This document shows positions 44,953 to 58,846 of a stretch of DNA of 64,000 nucleotides, one piece after another. A model generated the notes under the pieces. It was not told the origin of the DNA. It ran no database searches and saw only the letters and a list, made by a program, of their open reading frames with translations. The stretch's first letter is position 1. Each line of letters begins with the position of its first letter. Source of the DNA: Oculina patagonica (lineage: Eukaryota); NCBI RefSeq assembly GCF_052425735.1, contig NC_135763.1:4712001-4776000 (forward strand), given 5' to 3'. The translations under genes were made by a program, and so were the position numbers.

Positions 44953-47861
44953 TTTTTCTCGCGGCCCCCCCCCCGCCAAAAGTTATGAAGATGGTGTGAA
45001 GTGCTGAAATAGATAAATTTATAGCACAGGGCTTATAATATTCAAAAATAATAATAATACTGCTACAACGTCTATTAAAATATTTAAATGTTTACCCTTT
45101 ATTTATAAACAGGATGTTGATAGCTTCATTGATCACAAAGCAACTCTTGACAAAAGGAAGAAGCAGATGCTATTTAAGAAATGGAGTGAACGTGTTTACA
45201 GCCCTGTAAAGGTAAATTAAAGCCTGTATTGATAGTTTGTTCCTTATTTGTTAGAGAACACACCAGTAAACGGTGTAACCATAACGAACAATGTATTTTG
45301 TACCAAGCCCCAAGATAAATAAATAATAATTACAGCTAAATGACTGCATGACCCTTAGGGAAACTGTAAATTTTGTTTTTCCAAAACAGGCACACATAAT
45401 GTGTGCCAGGGGTGTTTACATGTAAAGAGTAACATACAGCTGTCTGAAATCCTTTGCACATACATAATGGGCCAATACGACTGTGGTCAATGACGTAGCA
45501 TTGTAGGCAGGCAACATGTGCACAGCAGAACACTATGTAGCTATAGCCCTTTGCACGCACTACAGGCCTATAATACTACGTACAAGTTACTACAATTATT
45601 GTATCCTTCGTGGACTAGCTACATAGACTACAATATTGAGTTCTATTGCTTACTGATAACAGTCATTTGAATTAGTTCATTACCATCTGACTAAAAACAT
45701 ACAATGCACTTGACCCAACTAACTCCAGCGATATCAATGAGATGTTGATTACAAATAATTTATTATTGAAGTGTGATGCGGGAGAGAGCAGAAGAACTGT
45801 TGTTGGTGACAGTGTTGGTCACCAACACGTCCCAGACTACCTCACCCGGACGATCACCAACGACTACTGTCTGGGTTCAAACCATTTACTTTAAATAATT
45901 TATTACTGACAAAAAAACTGCTAAAAATTAATTATAGTTCTCTTTTTATGTCAGGAAAAAATAGATCAAGAAATGGATGGCCCAAATTACAGACACTTGG
46001 ACAGAAGAAAAAGAGATATCTATAAAAAATATCTAGATTACAGTAACAGAAAGGTGAGTAATTAATTAAATTAATTAATATATTACAGTCAAAACCATAA
46101 AAGCTTGAACGCCTAAATTTTTTTGGATTGTCTATTAGCAACAAATCAGATCAGAGACGTAATCGCAAGAAACGGAAGTAGAGTAATATAATTGATTACG
46201 AAAAATTTTTTTTTTATTTTTTTCTTTAAATTTTTTTTTTTTTTTTTAAAAAAAATCCCCCTTATTATTATATTGAATAAATAAAAAAAATTTTTTTTTT
46301 TTTTTAATATTTAGACAAGAAAAGGGTAGCATAAGCATAAGATATCTAATGTATCTCCAGATTGCCTCCAGCGCACTGAAAACAAAGTATAATGATATTG
46401 TAAAGTTTTACTTTGCGAAGTTCTTATACAAAATAATTTTTTATCAAAAAATGGTATTCATTGTACTTAATCAACAGGGTGTGGTGTTCCTGGATGTAAT
46501 GTCGCCTGAAGAATATGATCCACTTGTTCTTAACGCAAACAGACCTGCACCTCTAAAGGTGAGTCACAGTGAAAAACTTCTTCAAACTAGCTGACTGCAT
46601 GCCTTACTTGTTAGCTGGTAGAAGCATAACTAGTAGCATTCTGTATTTTGCTAGTTGTATTATGTAACTGGACCAGAAATGTTTCAATGAGTTATTTCTC
46701 CTTGCGCGTTGGAACAACTACAAATGTAGCATTCCATGTGTTACTGTTCTGAGGAACTGGCTTATTGTACTTGAATGTGGCTGATAATTATTGGTTGATG
46801 GATTTTAACTTGTCCATTACTCCCTTGAACCTTGAACTGTCACCTGAACTACAACCAGTAATCAGGTGTAAAACTACGTCTCCTTCACAGGATCTTACAA
46901 ACTAAGCAGGCTTTCCTAGCCTCCACTTCCTCATCACTGGCGTAGAACGACATTTCTTTCTAACCTAAAGAAAAATAAAAAAGGATTCAGATTACATCCA
47001 TTTAATAAATCAGTGCAATTTTGTGAAATGGCCTTCTTTCAGGCAATAACAAAGAAACTTGACGATCCACTGATATCACAAGGAAGCACAAGACTTGATG
47101 AGGATCGTACTGTAGTGAGATGTGTGACAGGGGATACAATGAGTGATAAAGAAGTAGAAGAAATACGCCTCCCTCCTGCTCCCTTGGTACCTCTTGGTCG
47201 ACATGGCACTGAGTGTAACACATGGCTTAGAATGCAATTACATGATATCGACAGCGGGGTCAGGAAGAGAAGCGGGTAAGTTGTATGATAATTTTTCTTT
47301 TTAAATAATTAAAAACAATTTATTTCTATTGCTCATTAATCAATTTTTCTTACAACAGGGTGCCATTTTCACTTGTAAGTCTCTAAATATTTGCAACATA
47401 GAACAGATACTGTTGCTTTACCATCTTACATTATACATTTGACATTTTCTGATAACGCAAATCACTTATCGTACTATATGTCACGCAATACAACTGATAG
47501 CAGATAGATAGATAGCAGCAAAAAAACTCAATGTTAGGTGGAGTTTTGTTAATCTTGTTTTTATTTTTTTGACTGAATTCCTTCCACCAGGCAACGCATG
47601 AAAGGAATCTACAATGACTGTCAACTAGACTATGAGGAATGGAGTAAATTGGAGAGAAATCCAGACACAATCGACATTGAGTTACGATCACAAAAGAGAC
47701 GGCCTTTTAGAGAGAAACATTCCACAACCATTCAGTTTGACTGGCCAGAACTCCCAACCATCAAACAGAACACGAGATACCACCCACGAATACCAAATGT
47801 CTTGCCATTTGGTACAAGTTTTGAGTATTATCCTGAACTACAGCTCAATGCGTCATATTAA
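43179..47861 (+). CDS. FAM228B: FAM228B-like protein, 374 aa, 8 exons
   Basis: Exons 43179-43280, 43391-43552, 44032-44109, 45113-45211, 45955-46053, 46478-46558, 47043-47275, 47591-47861 (1125 nt, in phase). LDNENTFVKDVD, RKKQMLFKKWSERVYSP, PEEYDPL, DDPL..DEDRTVVRCVTG match FAM228 family motifs. Confidence 0.85.
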
Positions 47862-49405
47862 TTGCGATCATGGTGATTTTATAAGTTTTGAGCAATTAAT
47901 TGAAAGGGAAGAGGACACATGTTGCTACTATTATTCTTATTCTGCAATTCTAAATTTGCATTTATAGTAGTTGTTAAATTACCAACACCAAAATATTTTC
48001 ATAGTGAAATATTTTTAGAAGTTTAAATTCAAGCAATGATCAATTCTAGCAAAATGAATTACATTGTATAAGATTTTTCTACTAGGTTGAATGGGACACT
48101 GCTAATTGTTATAAACTGCCTTTTGGCAAAGCAACACTTGACCACAAAATTTATGTCATTTGTGAATACTAAATCTTTTTCTAGGAATTGTATTATAATA
48201 CCTGTCACATTAAAAAATAAAAGTTTTGAAATAAAAAAGTATCAATAAATACTAATGGTTATCAGTGTTCATCTATCGATTAAATATTATTATTTTTTGT
48301 AGTCTGTGTTCGAACCTAGTGGCCGATCAAGCTGGAGCTTATCCCGATTTCAGTAGCATGAAGTGACTAGGAAAATTTCTACTCCACCCTGGATGGGATG
48401 TAAGTCCATTACAGGGTTACCCCCAGCATCAAATGTGCCGGTACCCATTTATACACCTGGGTGGAGAGAGAAACTATGAAGATAATAAAAGTGTCTTGCC
48501 CAAAAACACACAACAATGAACCCAGCCTGGGTTCGAACCTGTACCATTTTGATTGGGAGTCCGGCGTGCTAACCATTAGGCTACCGCACCTCCCTGTATT
48601 TTTTGTAGAGTGCAAGTGAATGTGACAATTTTTTTTGCTAACAATGGATGTTTTCTACTAAAGTAAGAAAAAATGACAAGGCTGGCAACTTCGATGGCCC
48701 GCCGAGATTGACAGCCTCCCAGGTTTTGGCCAATTTCTCAAAAATCACCGCAATCGCTCGGTTCTAACATGCTTAAAAGCCGCCGCGAATTTCCAAGTTC
48801 GCTGCGAAATCGCCATCGTCAGGATGTACGCCAAAGTGGTCGATCATAATGCCAATATCAAATTCAAATTAATTATATTCAGAAGTCTAATTTTGCGATA
48901 GAAAGAAGGAATGGGCTACTCGAGGTTTTTTTTAATGCTTTTCCCTCACACAATTGAACTCAAAGTTATCCACATAGCCTATTTCTACTTTCCCCCAGCA
49001 GTAAATTCGCTGGTACCCATTTATGAACCTGGGTGGAGAGAGGCACTGTAACCCACTTGGTTAAGCTTAGGTCCTAATATTTTATTACACCTGTATTCAG
49101 TATTACTTGCATAGTGGCTTTTTATTGACATCCATCGTTTGACGTGCTAAACCCTGGGTGCTAAACAAACAAGACAGGTTGAAATCAGCCAATCACAGCC
49201 CACTAGCACGACGTTTTGAACTTGTGGGGTAATTTGCATGAAATCAACACCGGTTTGCATCGGTATGATTGGCTCATTTCAAACAGCACGTCGAAAGACG
49301 ATATCCAAAGATGGATGTAGAAAAAAAGCTATGCACGTAACCACAAGCTTATGACGTAACACAAAGCACGTGTATAAAGCTAAAGAAGGTCTTTTTACCT
49401 CAACT

Positions 49406-49756
49406 TCAAGATTTTCCAGCCTTCTTCATTCGTTTAGCGGGAGCTTTCCTCGAATTTCCTATCTTTGTCAACTGTTCATCAATAGCTTTTCTCATGTCAA
49501 TAAAATCAGGGATTTGAACGTAACGAATCTGCCGGCCATGGATAAACATTGTTGGGAAGACCAGCACTTCGCCGCCATTCCCCTTGGTAAACTTGACATC
49601 AGACATAGAGATATTCATGAATCCGTCTACATGTTCAATCAGACCTTCTGCCGATGACTCATTTCGCAGTTCTACAGTGGTCCTATGGCCTTGAACGGCT
49701 TGCAAAAGACAAACAAGCGTTCTTTCTGCGAGAGCTCTCTCACGACCGCCCGCCAT
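49406..49756 (-). CDS. LSM10: U7 snRNA-associated Sm-like protein LSm10, 116 aa, single coding exon
   Basis: ERTLVCLLQAVQGHRTTVELRNES, HVDGFMNI, FIHGRQIRYVQIPD: Sm1 and Sm2 motifs with the LSm10-type N-terminus. Confidence 0.93.
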   Translation of the reverse strand: MAGGRERALAERTLVCLLQAVQGHRTTVELRNESSAEGLIEHVDGFMNISMSDVKFTKGNGGEVLVFPTMFIHGRQIRYVQIPDFIDMRKAIDEQLTKIGNSRKAPAKRMKKAGKS

Positions 49757-50148
49757 GTTGAATTCTCACAATTTGGCGCGAAAGAAAACTCAACCCTACC
49801 CTACCCTAGTGGTGGGGGAAACAGCAGCCGAGTTATTCCATTGCGTACTTGTTAATTTTGTTTTTAGCAAGATAAACAGTGATTCCCATTTTTTATGACC
49901 TTTTTTGTTCTACAACAAATATTCTTCAAAATTAGAGAGGTCACTGTGTTTATTTTAAAAGTTAGCCTAGGGAGGGGAAGCTGGATTGGAAGAAATGTCG
50001 TCCAGGGAATATCCATGTCGTGTACGCCACACTATGTGGACCACTATGTGTAAAGTTAGATTGAGTTTCAGGACTGATGGCGGGAGATTTGCGAGATTGA
50101 TAGTTTCCTTTGAAATCCAGCAATCCATCTGCCTTTAAAACAACAAAC

Positions 50149-53100
50149 ATGATTAAAGGAGAACGCGCTGTAAGACAAGAGATCAGTGGATTGGACAAAC
50201 AAATGACAGATTACTTTAATACTGAAGGCAAGGTAAGATATCCTCCCGGTCTTCTGTGAATTTTGATGAATTCGATGCAAATCTCTTTAATGATGAAGAG
50301 ATAAATAAGCTTACTAAATGTAAGAAATATCCCTACACCTCTTACGAATAATTTCGGGGTATATTGGATGATTAAATGTTTTATTTCGCTTTAAACTGAT
50401 CGACTACTAGTACTTGACAGTGGTCCAGTCGAGGATCTTGTTTTGATGTCTTGCCGATCTCATAGTCCATTTCGCAGATACAGTGGCCAGTTGTAGATTC
50501 TGCCCCCAGGGCATTTTATAATATTTAATAGAGTTTTTTTATGATGGTAATTGGAGAATTATCACAATAAAAGAATAAATCATATCAATAAGCATTATAG
50601 AATGCCCTGGGGGCAAAATCAATATGGCTGCCGTATCTGCAAAATGGACTATTCAGGTTTGATCATTTGTTCTGAGCATTGGCTTACACTGTAAGATATA
50701 GTTTGCTCAGTGGCTACCAAACACCATGACTTAATTTACTGCATTGCAACCACAACTGTTGAGCCATCATTATAAAAATGTAACTCAAAATAGTATCCAC
50801 TACTCTGCTCCCTCCCCCCCCCCCCCCCGCTCCCCCCCCCCAACCCCTTTGTTTTTTTTTTTTGGGGGCCGAACCCCCAACCCAAACCCAATCTTTAAAA
50901 ACCCCCTTTTGGGGGGGGGGGGGGGGGGGGGGAATTTTTGATACCCGTCTAAGACATAAACAAGTACCTAACGGGTTTTGTTGTAATCATGAATTAAGTT
51001 AAGTATCAATGCTAAATTCAGCGTAAGTCAGCAGGATGAAAGAATTTGTGAAAATTCAGCTTGTGGCTAAGTTTGCATAAATTTACATCTCTAAAAGCAT
51101 ATAAGCCTATCCTGTTTGACATTTAGTGGTCCATGTAAAGATACCCCGTTAAGACAAAAAGGGGTGAAATATGTACCCCCATTCAAGACAAAAAAGCCTG
51201 AAAACCATACCCTATCAGACTGCATGCACCCATTAAGGGAGTAACCCACCCCCACCCCCCTGTCGCGATTCAACTGTTTTCATTGCTTGATCCATGTGAG
51301 CAACGAGTAGTTAAACGAATAACTATATAACGATACTTAACAGTTTATGGTGTGATCTGATCATTGTTGAGAAATCCATTTTTGCTCATGTCATTCTAAA
51401 ATTAAAGACCCTTACGTCTTATGATATGGGTGTTATGTTTTATAAGGGGGTTTTGTCTTGGGGGCATTATAATCGGCAATTCATATGCAGCACCATGAAA
51501 GGCATCCAGACTAACCCTACCCCCACATGTGGCCTACCCCTTCTTCTCTCTTTAATCAGGTAGCAGGTAGTAAGCTTGTAAAAACCCACAACAACTGATG
51601 TTGCTCTTGACTAGTGGCTTGTTTATAAAGTGCCATGAATTTTAATAGACCTTGTCACAGTTTTCGAGGCTATCTTGACACATAGGCAACATGGTTAGAA
51701 ATTACAATGTTTATATGGAAATCCGACAGCAAATATTTTGAGATATATACTAGGCAAAAGTTTTTATTCACCAAGTTTGAAGGATGTAGCTGGGCTAGAA
51801 AGTGTTCAGTTACATTTTGAATATTCCATGCATCTGTCTATAATTTTTACCCACAAACTGCATCAATTTGCACAAAAAATATAGACAAATGTATGGCAAC
51901 TTTAAAATGTAGCTGGAGGCTTTCCAGCACAGCAACACCGTCAAATTTGGAGAATACAATCCTTTCCTTAGTATCGTAACTTGATGATTCATAAGTTGTT
52001 CAGAATTTAATTTTTAAAAAAACTATTTGCCGTCAGATTTCCATACCATTATTCTGGCCAGTGTACATGCGTCTTTGATTAACTTTAAGCCCATACAGTA
52101 CCATTACTGTACTAACTATGAATTTGTGACAGCTGATATTCCACATGATTTTGGAGGATAACTGTTAATCAGTTATATATGTATTGTTATTTTTATAGCA
52201 TGTTTCTAGCAAATTTATCCAGCAGGAGATTCAGGCATCAAAGTTTCTTCGGAAACATACAGAAGTCTTAATGAAAAGTAAGAATAATAAAAATAATATG
52301 ATAGTATTTTGTCAAATTGTGCATCTAGTTTCATACAATTTTGAAAAAAGTTTTATCATCCATAATTTCCCACCCTTCACACTTGAGTCATACAGTACCT
52401 CAACTTTTAATCCTTGGTTAGCATTTAAACCTGAGTCAGAGCTCTAAGAAATCATAACACAACTGTATGTTTTGCATTAGATAGTAAACTGTTAGGTGCA
52501 TTTATATAGTTCTGTTTTGTGCTAGCCCAGTGCAAGAATCTGCCAAGAGTATCTGAATTATCTTAAGTTTATGGTAGCTTTATTTACCAGTAATCTTCAT
52601 AATTTTCAGCTACCTTTCTGAGCTTTGATGTCAAGGAGTGGATAATTGAAAATGATTTCCTTGTTGATCGCTTAAAAGTGAGTATATTATTAATTATTCC
52701 TCTCACAACAAAATGCCTTATAAATAGGGTACATTATAATTATTTTAGTCCAATAATAATGAACACAAATCAGTTTTTCACTGGTTAATAAAAGTATGGG
52801 ACATTCCATTTTATTTTTATCCCCCACCCCTCTAAGGAGGGCAGCAGGTTTTTCCAAATTAAGGTTCAGTTTTTTTCTGACAAATTTTAGTCCCTTCAGA
52901 CATTTTTGTCAAAGGTGCTGTAAAAAAATCAACCCTTTGAATTTTAAATTTCAAAGGGTGGCGACAAAAAATTGAGGGTTTAGATTTCTGCCATATTAAG
53001 GGGGTTGCAGACATAAAATGGAATGTCCCTACACTGAAACACAGTGAATGCAAGTGCTAATAAATAATTTTATGGTGTATCCATGCAAAAAATTACCATG

Positions 53101-56100
53101 ATACCTTATATTATATCTACCCTTTCAAACAATATCTGATTAAGACAGCATCTTTTTGTCACTCAACCAATGAACAAACAAGTAGAATTTATTACTCAAA
53201 ATTCGTTTTATGGAATAATTAACTACTCTCTGACGTACTTATTAACTAATGCTACAATTTTTGCTCTCAGCAACTCTTTTTAACCAGTCAGAGCAGAGAA
53301 ATGTTTACCAATCATTTAAAGTTATAAGCCTCAAAAGGACAATTAATATAATAGGGTATGTTTGCCCTCTTGGAAGTTGCAATGGTGATCAATTTCAATA
53401 ATTATAATATACAGTGTAATAACCAAAAATGCATGTGATACAAAAAAAATGGAATATACAATTTAGCGGCTTTGGGTTTCGGCTCGTGGAATGAGGCAGT
53501 GGTGGCTGCCCGCGACCGTGCAGCATGGCGGAGGAGAATGTCCGGCCCTATGCTCACTTAGGGCTTTGGCCATAAGTCAAGTATCATTAGTAGAACTATG
53601 TAATAAGTACTGTTCACAAATGGGCCATTAAAATAATGTTTTTTTTTTTCAACAATGAATGATTGGAAAAGGAAGATGACAGTCAAGCAACAATTCAGGA
53701 AGTTTTGTGCAACTTCACATCTCTACTGGAAAAAGTGCAAGGTATAAATTTTACATTTCATGTTTTTCAACCACTGATGAAAGAAATTCATTCACTTAAT
53801 ACTCATGCGAAAACCTAGCTTTAGCAAAATAGACTGTTCTCCCAAGGAAATTGGGAAAGCCACACCAAGGAGTATCACTTAGTTCATAGGTGGCAGAGCA
53901 GGAGGGACAGGGGGGTTGTAGCCCCCCCCCCCCCCCCCAACACACACACACACACACAAAGCAAATTTTTGGGGTGCTCTTCGGGAAACTTTGTTTATCT
54001 TTGGGAAAGTTCAAAAAATGATCATAAACGTTCGTATGGCCTTCAAACAACAATCAGAGAATCTTTGGAAATCTTCAGTCTAGAAACTGCTCAGAATTAA
54101 AACAAAGAGTTGCTAGAACGGAAGAAAGTTGCTCCAAATATGAAAACCTGCTGAATGTATTTGGGACAGTCTTAGCCCCCCCCCTCCTCCCACGTTCCAA
54201 AACCCCTGCCACCTCTGTAGTTACATGTTTCAACTCAAACATTCAGTTTACAAAAAAATTTCGTATAGGGTGCCCCCTTTTTTTTTTTTTTTTTTTTTTT
54301 GTGGTTTTTTATTAAAAATTTTTTTGGGAGCCCCCTTTAAAAACTGTATTTTAATTTGGATCATTTTGGAGTTCTAAAAGGTGCCATTAATATTTCAAAA
54401 CCATTTGCAGCCAGCCAGACAAAAGCATTTTTTATTCAAAGCGGTTACTGGGGCTATTAATAGATGCTGTATGTGATTAAATTTGGCTGTTGGTTAAATT
54501 TTATTATTAAAGCCAGTTTGATTTTGATTTTTGATGGTATATTGACTAGGAGACAAAGGAAAATAAAAACAAAATGAATTTTTTGCACCAAATTAAAATT
54601 AAATCAAACAATTTAGAAACCAAGGTACTGAGACTGACATTTTGAAACTAATGAATAATAATATTATTTATTATTAATAGAAATTTACCGTAATCCATAA
54701 TTGTCTGATCACCCTTGATAATTATAATCTAAGATAGGTCATGTCTTTCACTTCTTCATGGTTACATTTTGCTAAACAACACTGACTTTTATATCTATAC
54801 CCTTATGATATTTTTATGCAGGAAACCTAGCTGCTACAAATTATTGTTAGCATCTCTGCCAGTAGCAGGAATGGCCAAGTGTCCTGCCCTTCCCTTGTCC
54901 CCCTCCCAGCTACAAGAAAAAAAGGAAACACTAGAAAATACTTAACAATAATTATTATCCGGCGAAATTGCGCGGAATACCGCCTGACACTTATAGTCGA
55001 AGAGGTCGTAGGCCGAGTGGGCTAAAATCAGACGATATTTCGCATAATTGTTTAATTATTCAACAAATTGTCAACGAAACACAAGGATATCTGTTATGTG
55101 CGGATGACAGATAACGTTAAAATTTTGACCATATATGGGCAGCGCATGCATTTGTTGAATAATAAATTTTAAATATATGTTTATTAGCATTTTGGATATC
55201 ACATAACTGTAAATTTATGAGGATGGATTTCTATCTTTTATTTTATATTAGGTCTTCCACCAGAGTCTTCATTCATTTGCTATGAACAAGCAATCGCATA
55301 TAATTTGAGCCACTTGCTGTTACGAGGGCACATAAATATACTTGTTGGTGGGCTTCACAAGAGTGCTACGATTCTTCACAGAAGCCTCTGGAGAGGTACA
55401 TGTACTTTACAGATTTGTTTAAATAAAAAAGAAGTAAAACAACAGAAATATGCAGAAAATGCTGCAGATAAAATTTTCCCCCACCTGGCTGTAAAAACTC
55501 TGTCATTTTGAAAAAACAAAACACTTTAATTTGTGTATTATTAAATTAAGGTTACTCAATAGTCAATACCTTTGGGGTGTCCTTCAGAAAAAAAAATACG
55601 TGATCTGTGTTGTTTTTGAGGAAATTACCACAAACTACAATAGAAAGCTTATAAACTGAAGAATTCAAAAAAAAAATCCACTGTTTTGGTACACCTTTCT
55701 TGAGAAGAAAGAGGCCAGTAAACAGGAAAAAAAAATGAGTAACATTCCGCCAAGAAAATCAGGTCACTATCAAATGCAATTTCAGGTCAAATGATTATAA
55801 ACTACCGGTAGTTTCGTTTGTAATTCCTTGGGGTTAACAAAAAACTACAAATGAAAAATTATTTTCACCTGAAATTCCCTTTAAACTTCAACACAATAAT
55901 TAAAAATAGGTCAAGATAAAGTCTGTGTTTTTAACCTAGTGGCCCATCAGGAGAGTGTATCTCTGGTTTCAGTAGCATGAAGCAACTAGAAGTATTTTTT
56001 ACTCCCCTGACTCCTTGATGAAATGTTACTCATTTGCAAAATTATTTGGGGCATTTAATTTGCTGGTACCCATTTACTCCTGGGTGAAGAGAGGAACTGT

Positions 56101-58099
56101 GAGAGTCAAATACCAACAAAGTGATCACAGGGCTTGAACGTATAACACACAATCCAGAGCAGGCTAACCATTAAACCACTGTGCCTTTCAGTATAATTGT
56201 ATAAGATAGTGTAAAAAAGTCTCACCTAGCTCAGCTGGTTAGAGCACCCAACCGGTATCTGGAAGGCCATGAGTTCCATTCCCGTCATAGACTCAGTTTT
56301 TTTTTGTCCCACACTCACATTACATTTCATATTTTTCACTAAAATAATATATTTGTGTCCTATTATAATGCAGCTTTTGAGGCATTCAAAATAGGAGATT
56401 GTCACCAAGAAACAGTGAAAGAGTCAGGAGAAATGGCTGAGCAAGATCTTTTTACTCCAGAAAACATTGAGCACACTCTGAGTACTTATCTACCTTCACT
56501 GTTTAAAGTGTTACATGATAAAAGTATTGGATGTGCTCCACTTGTGTTAAGTAGCTGCCTGCTGGCATTTCTCTGGCTACTTGATGAAGAAGGTGAGTTT
56601 GTTTGACTGTCTGTCTGTCTGTCTGTCTGTCTTCCAGGACCCAAATTTTGATTAGCCCTTCAGTGAAAATGTATCTGCTATCCTTTAGTGAGAATGTATC
56701 TGCTATCTCCTATATAAGGAACTGCATTCCTGCAACCTGTACATGATATGTTTTAAATGACTCCCCCTGAACAGTGAAATTTAGAAATTTAAAGTGCATT
56801 AAAGCTGCATTTTCCCTCACTATAATACATGTATGTACTGCACCTAAAAGTTTGTGCTCGTGAGAGTACATGATTTGATATGAAAACTGTTTATAGTCTG
56901 ACATTAATTGGCTTATGCTAAATAAGGGAAAAATTGCAAAATCATGCATCTAAGATAAGTCATCTCCAAAGTATTGGCCGTTCCGGAGTTGTGCAGGGAA
57001 CTGGGACGGGGAGTTACAAATTTTAACACAACTACATGAGAGATCATGGTGAGATTGGTCATTTGACCAAGTTTGATGTCTTTAGGATGAATATAGATCT
57101 AGACCAAGTTATGGACCTTGAAACATGGTTCAAAATACATACAAACGTCTCTTAATTGTGAACCAGCATCCCCAAAACCATATAAATTCCTAATTCTTTA
57201 TGATTTCTGTGGTAGTCTTAAAAATATACAAACACAGTGATTTTCATCTTTATTTCTTTTAAATAGTAGGTTCATGGCAGGATTTTACAGCTGTCACAAA
57301 ACTGATATTTTATTAATATATGGTTTCGGGGGATGCTGTTTAAGAGTAAGAGAAATTTGTATGGATTTTGATCCATGTTTCAAGGTCCATAACTTGGTCT
57401 CTGTTCATCTTAAAAGCATCAAACTTGGTCAAATGACCGATCTTGACACTGTGATCTTTCATGCGGTGGTGTCAGTTTATTGATTGTTTAAAATTTGCAA
57501 CTCGCCTCAGTTCCCTGCGCAGCTGGCCAATATGAAAGCCATCAGCTATCGGTAGTGTAATGATTTGCTCGCACTATTTATTTTCTGTAGTGAGTAAGGC
57601 TGTAGAACTTCTTCAGCTGCTGCAAAGTCAATTAAAACATTTGGAGGAGGTCAGCGTGAGCTCCACAGAGGAGGTATTAAAAATAAACAATGAATGCTGC
57701 AGACTGCTTGTGTAATATATTTGAGGGATGTTTGATAGTACCAAATATAGAAATATCGATAGTACCAAACAGTAATTCATAAAATGAATTGAAAAAAAAA
57801 ACTGCACGACTGTGATCTACCCACTTTTATGAAAGAAAATTGAGAGTAAAACTTGAAGTGTCATCAGTTAGCTATGTGCGCCTTATTTCATGAAATATGA
57901 AGATGTTACAAAGCAGTTTAGAAACAAAGTTCTAATTAAAATGCTTGGTCTTTTTGTCAGTTTTGTTCGTTTAAAATTTGTTTTCCTTTTTGCAATTCCA
58001 AGGTATCTGATAGTGGATGCCCTGTGCACCTGTTCAGCTTGGAGTACATTCCATCAATCACTAACTGCGTGATTAGTTCATCAACCAAAGACTTAACAG
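50149..58099 (+). CDS. FANCG: Fanconi anemia group G-like protein, 5' part (continues past the window)
   Basis: Exons 50149-50232, 52199-52277, 52610-52677, about 53663-53741 (acceptor defective in this sequence), 55252-55395, 56374-56592, 57591-57673, 58003-58099. WIIENDFLVDRLK, LLEKVQGLPP, EQAIAYN, LHRSLWRAFE, LLAFLWL align to recalled FANCG (WREKNDRLVRQAK, LLHSLQGLPA, ELTVTCN, IQRSLERVLE, LQAALWL). Confidence 0.72.
50462..50652. mobile_element. Fold-back MITE
   Basis: ATAGTCCATTTCGCAGATAC..TGCCCCCAGGGCATT / AATGCCCTGGGGGCA..GTATCTGCAAAATGGACTAT. Confidence 0.7.
56226..56320 (+). mobile_element. Degenerate tRNA-derived SINE head
   Basis: A box TAGCTCAGCTGG, decayed B box GAGTTCCATTCC, followed by a T-run. 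Confidence 0.5.
56973..57531. mobile_element. Fold-back element with about 210-bp imperfect arms
   Basis: GGTCATTTGACCAAGTTTGATG..GACCAAGTTATGGACCTTGAAACATGG is reverse-complemented at about 57370-57440. Ends ATTGGCC / GGCCAAT. Confidence 0.75.
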
Positions 58100-58120
58100 G
58101 TAAAATATGTAACAAGTTCA

Positions 58121-58399
58121 TAGAGCGGTTTTCACTTAAGTGTGTCGAAAGTAAATTGCGTTTGCTTTGGTTTTGCATTGCTACGCTTATTGATTGGCTT
58201 AAACATCTCACACCACTTTCTCAGCCAATCAGAACTAAACCCAATCATGACTCGCTCGCGCACGTTTTCCCGCGCTTTGTGCCAGATACATGTATTTGCT
58301 TCGAGTTTTGATTGGCTGACGGCTGGTCTGAGTTCTTTGTGATTGGTCGGAGTAATTACTTTGGTTTTGTTTTACCACACTCAATTGAAAATTGCTCTA
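58121..58399. mobile_element. MITE with multiple GATTGG/CCAATC motifs
   Basis: TIR TAGAGCGGTTTTCA / TGAAAATTGCTCTA. A related end occurs at 5469-5521. Confidence 0.7.
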
Positions 58400-58846
58400 A
58401 GAAAACTAATCATAGCAATATGCAGGACGTTTGTCACATTTGAACCAAGATATATGGCCTAGGCCTAACTACCACAAGTCTCCGTCAGCTCAGTGACAGA
58501 GCATCCAGAACAGCGGTCAAAAAGTCATAGCTTCTTTTAACTCGGGACGTTTCTCTGATTGATTAACATCTTTCTCATACCTCTACCAGGCTTAATCAGC
58601 ATTCAAAGAATGGCCTGTCTGATTGCTAATGGCTGGTGGGCTTTATCATCACTTTCACTTGCCTGAAGGGCTAGTAACATTTTTGGACTGTTTAGTTGGC
58701 AGTTGAAGTAAAGCCAGTGAGAAAAGCCATCACTGAGAACAACACACAATGGCCTCTTCTTGCCTGAAGGGCAACCTCAAAATTACATTTCCTTTGCACC
58801 CTTCTTATGTAATTCTATAGTTTCTTTCCAAAAACTCATTATGATC

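Noticed and set aside
53767-53795. CTGATGA...GAAA hammerhead candidate
   Set aside because: No stem II between the core boxes and no pairing stem I.
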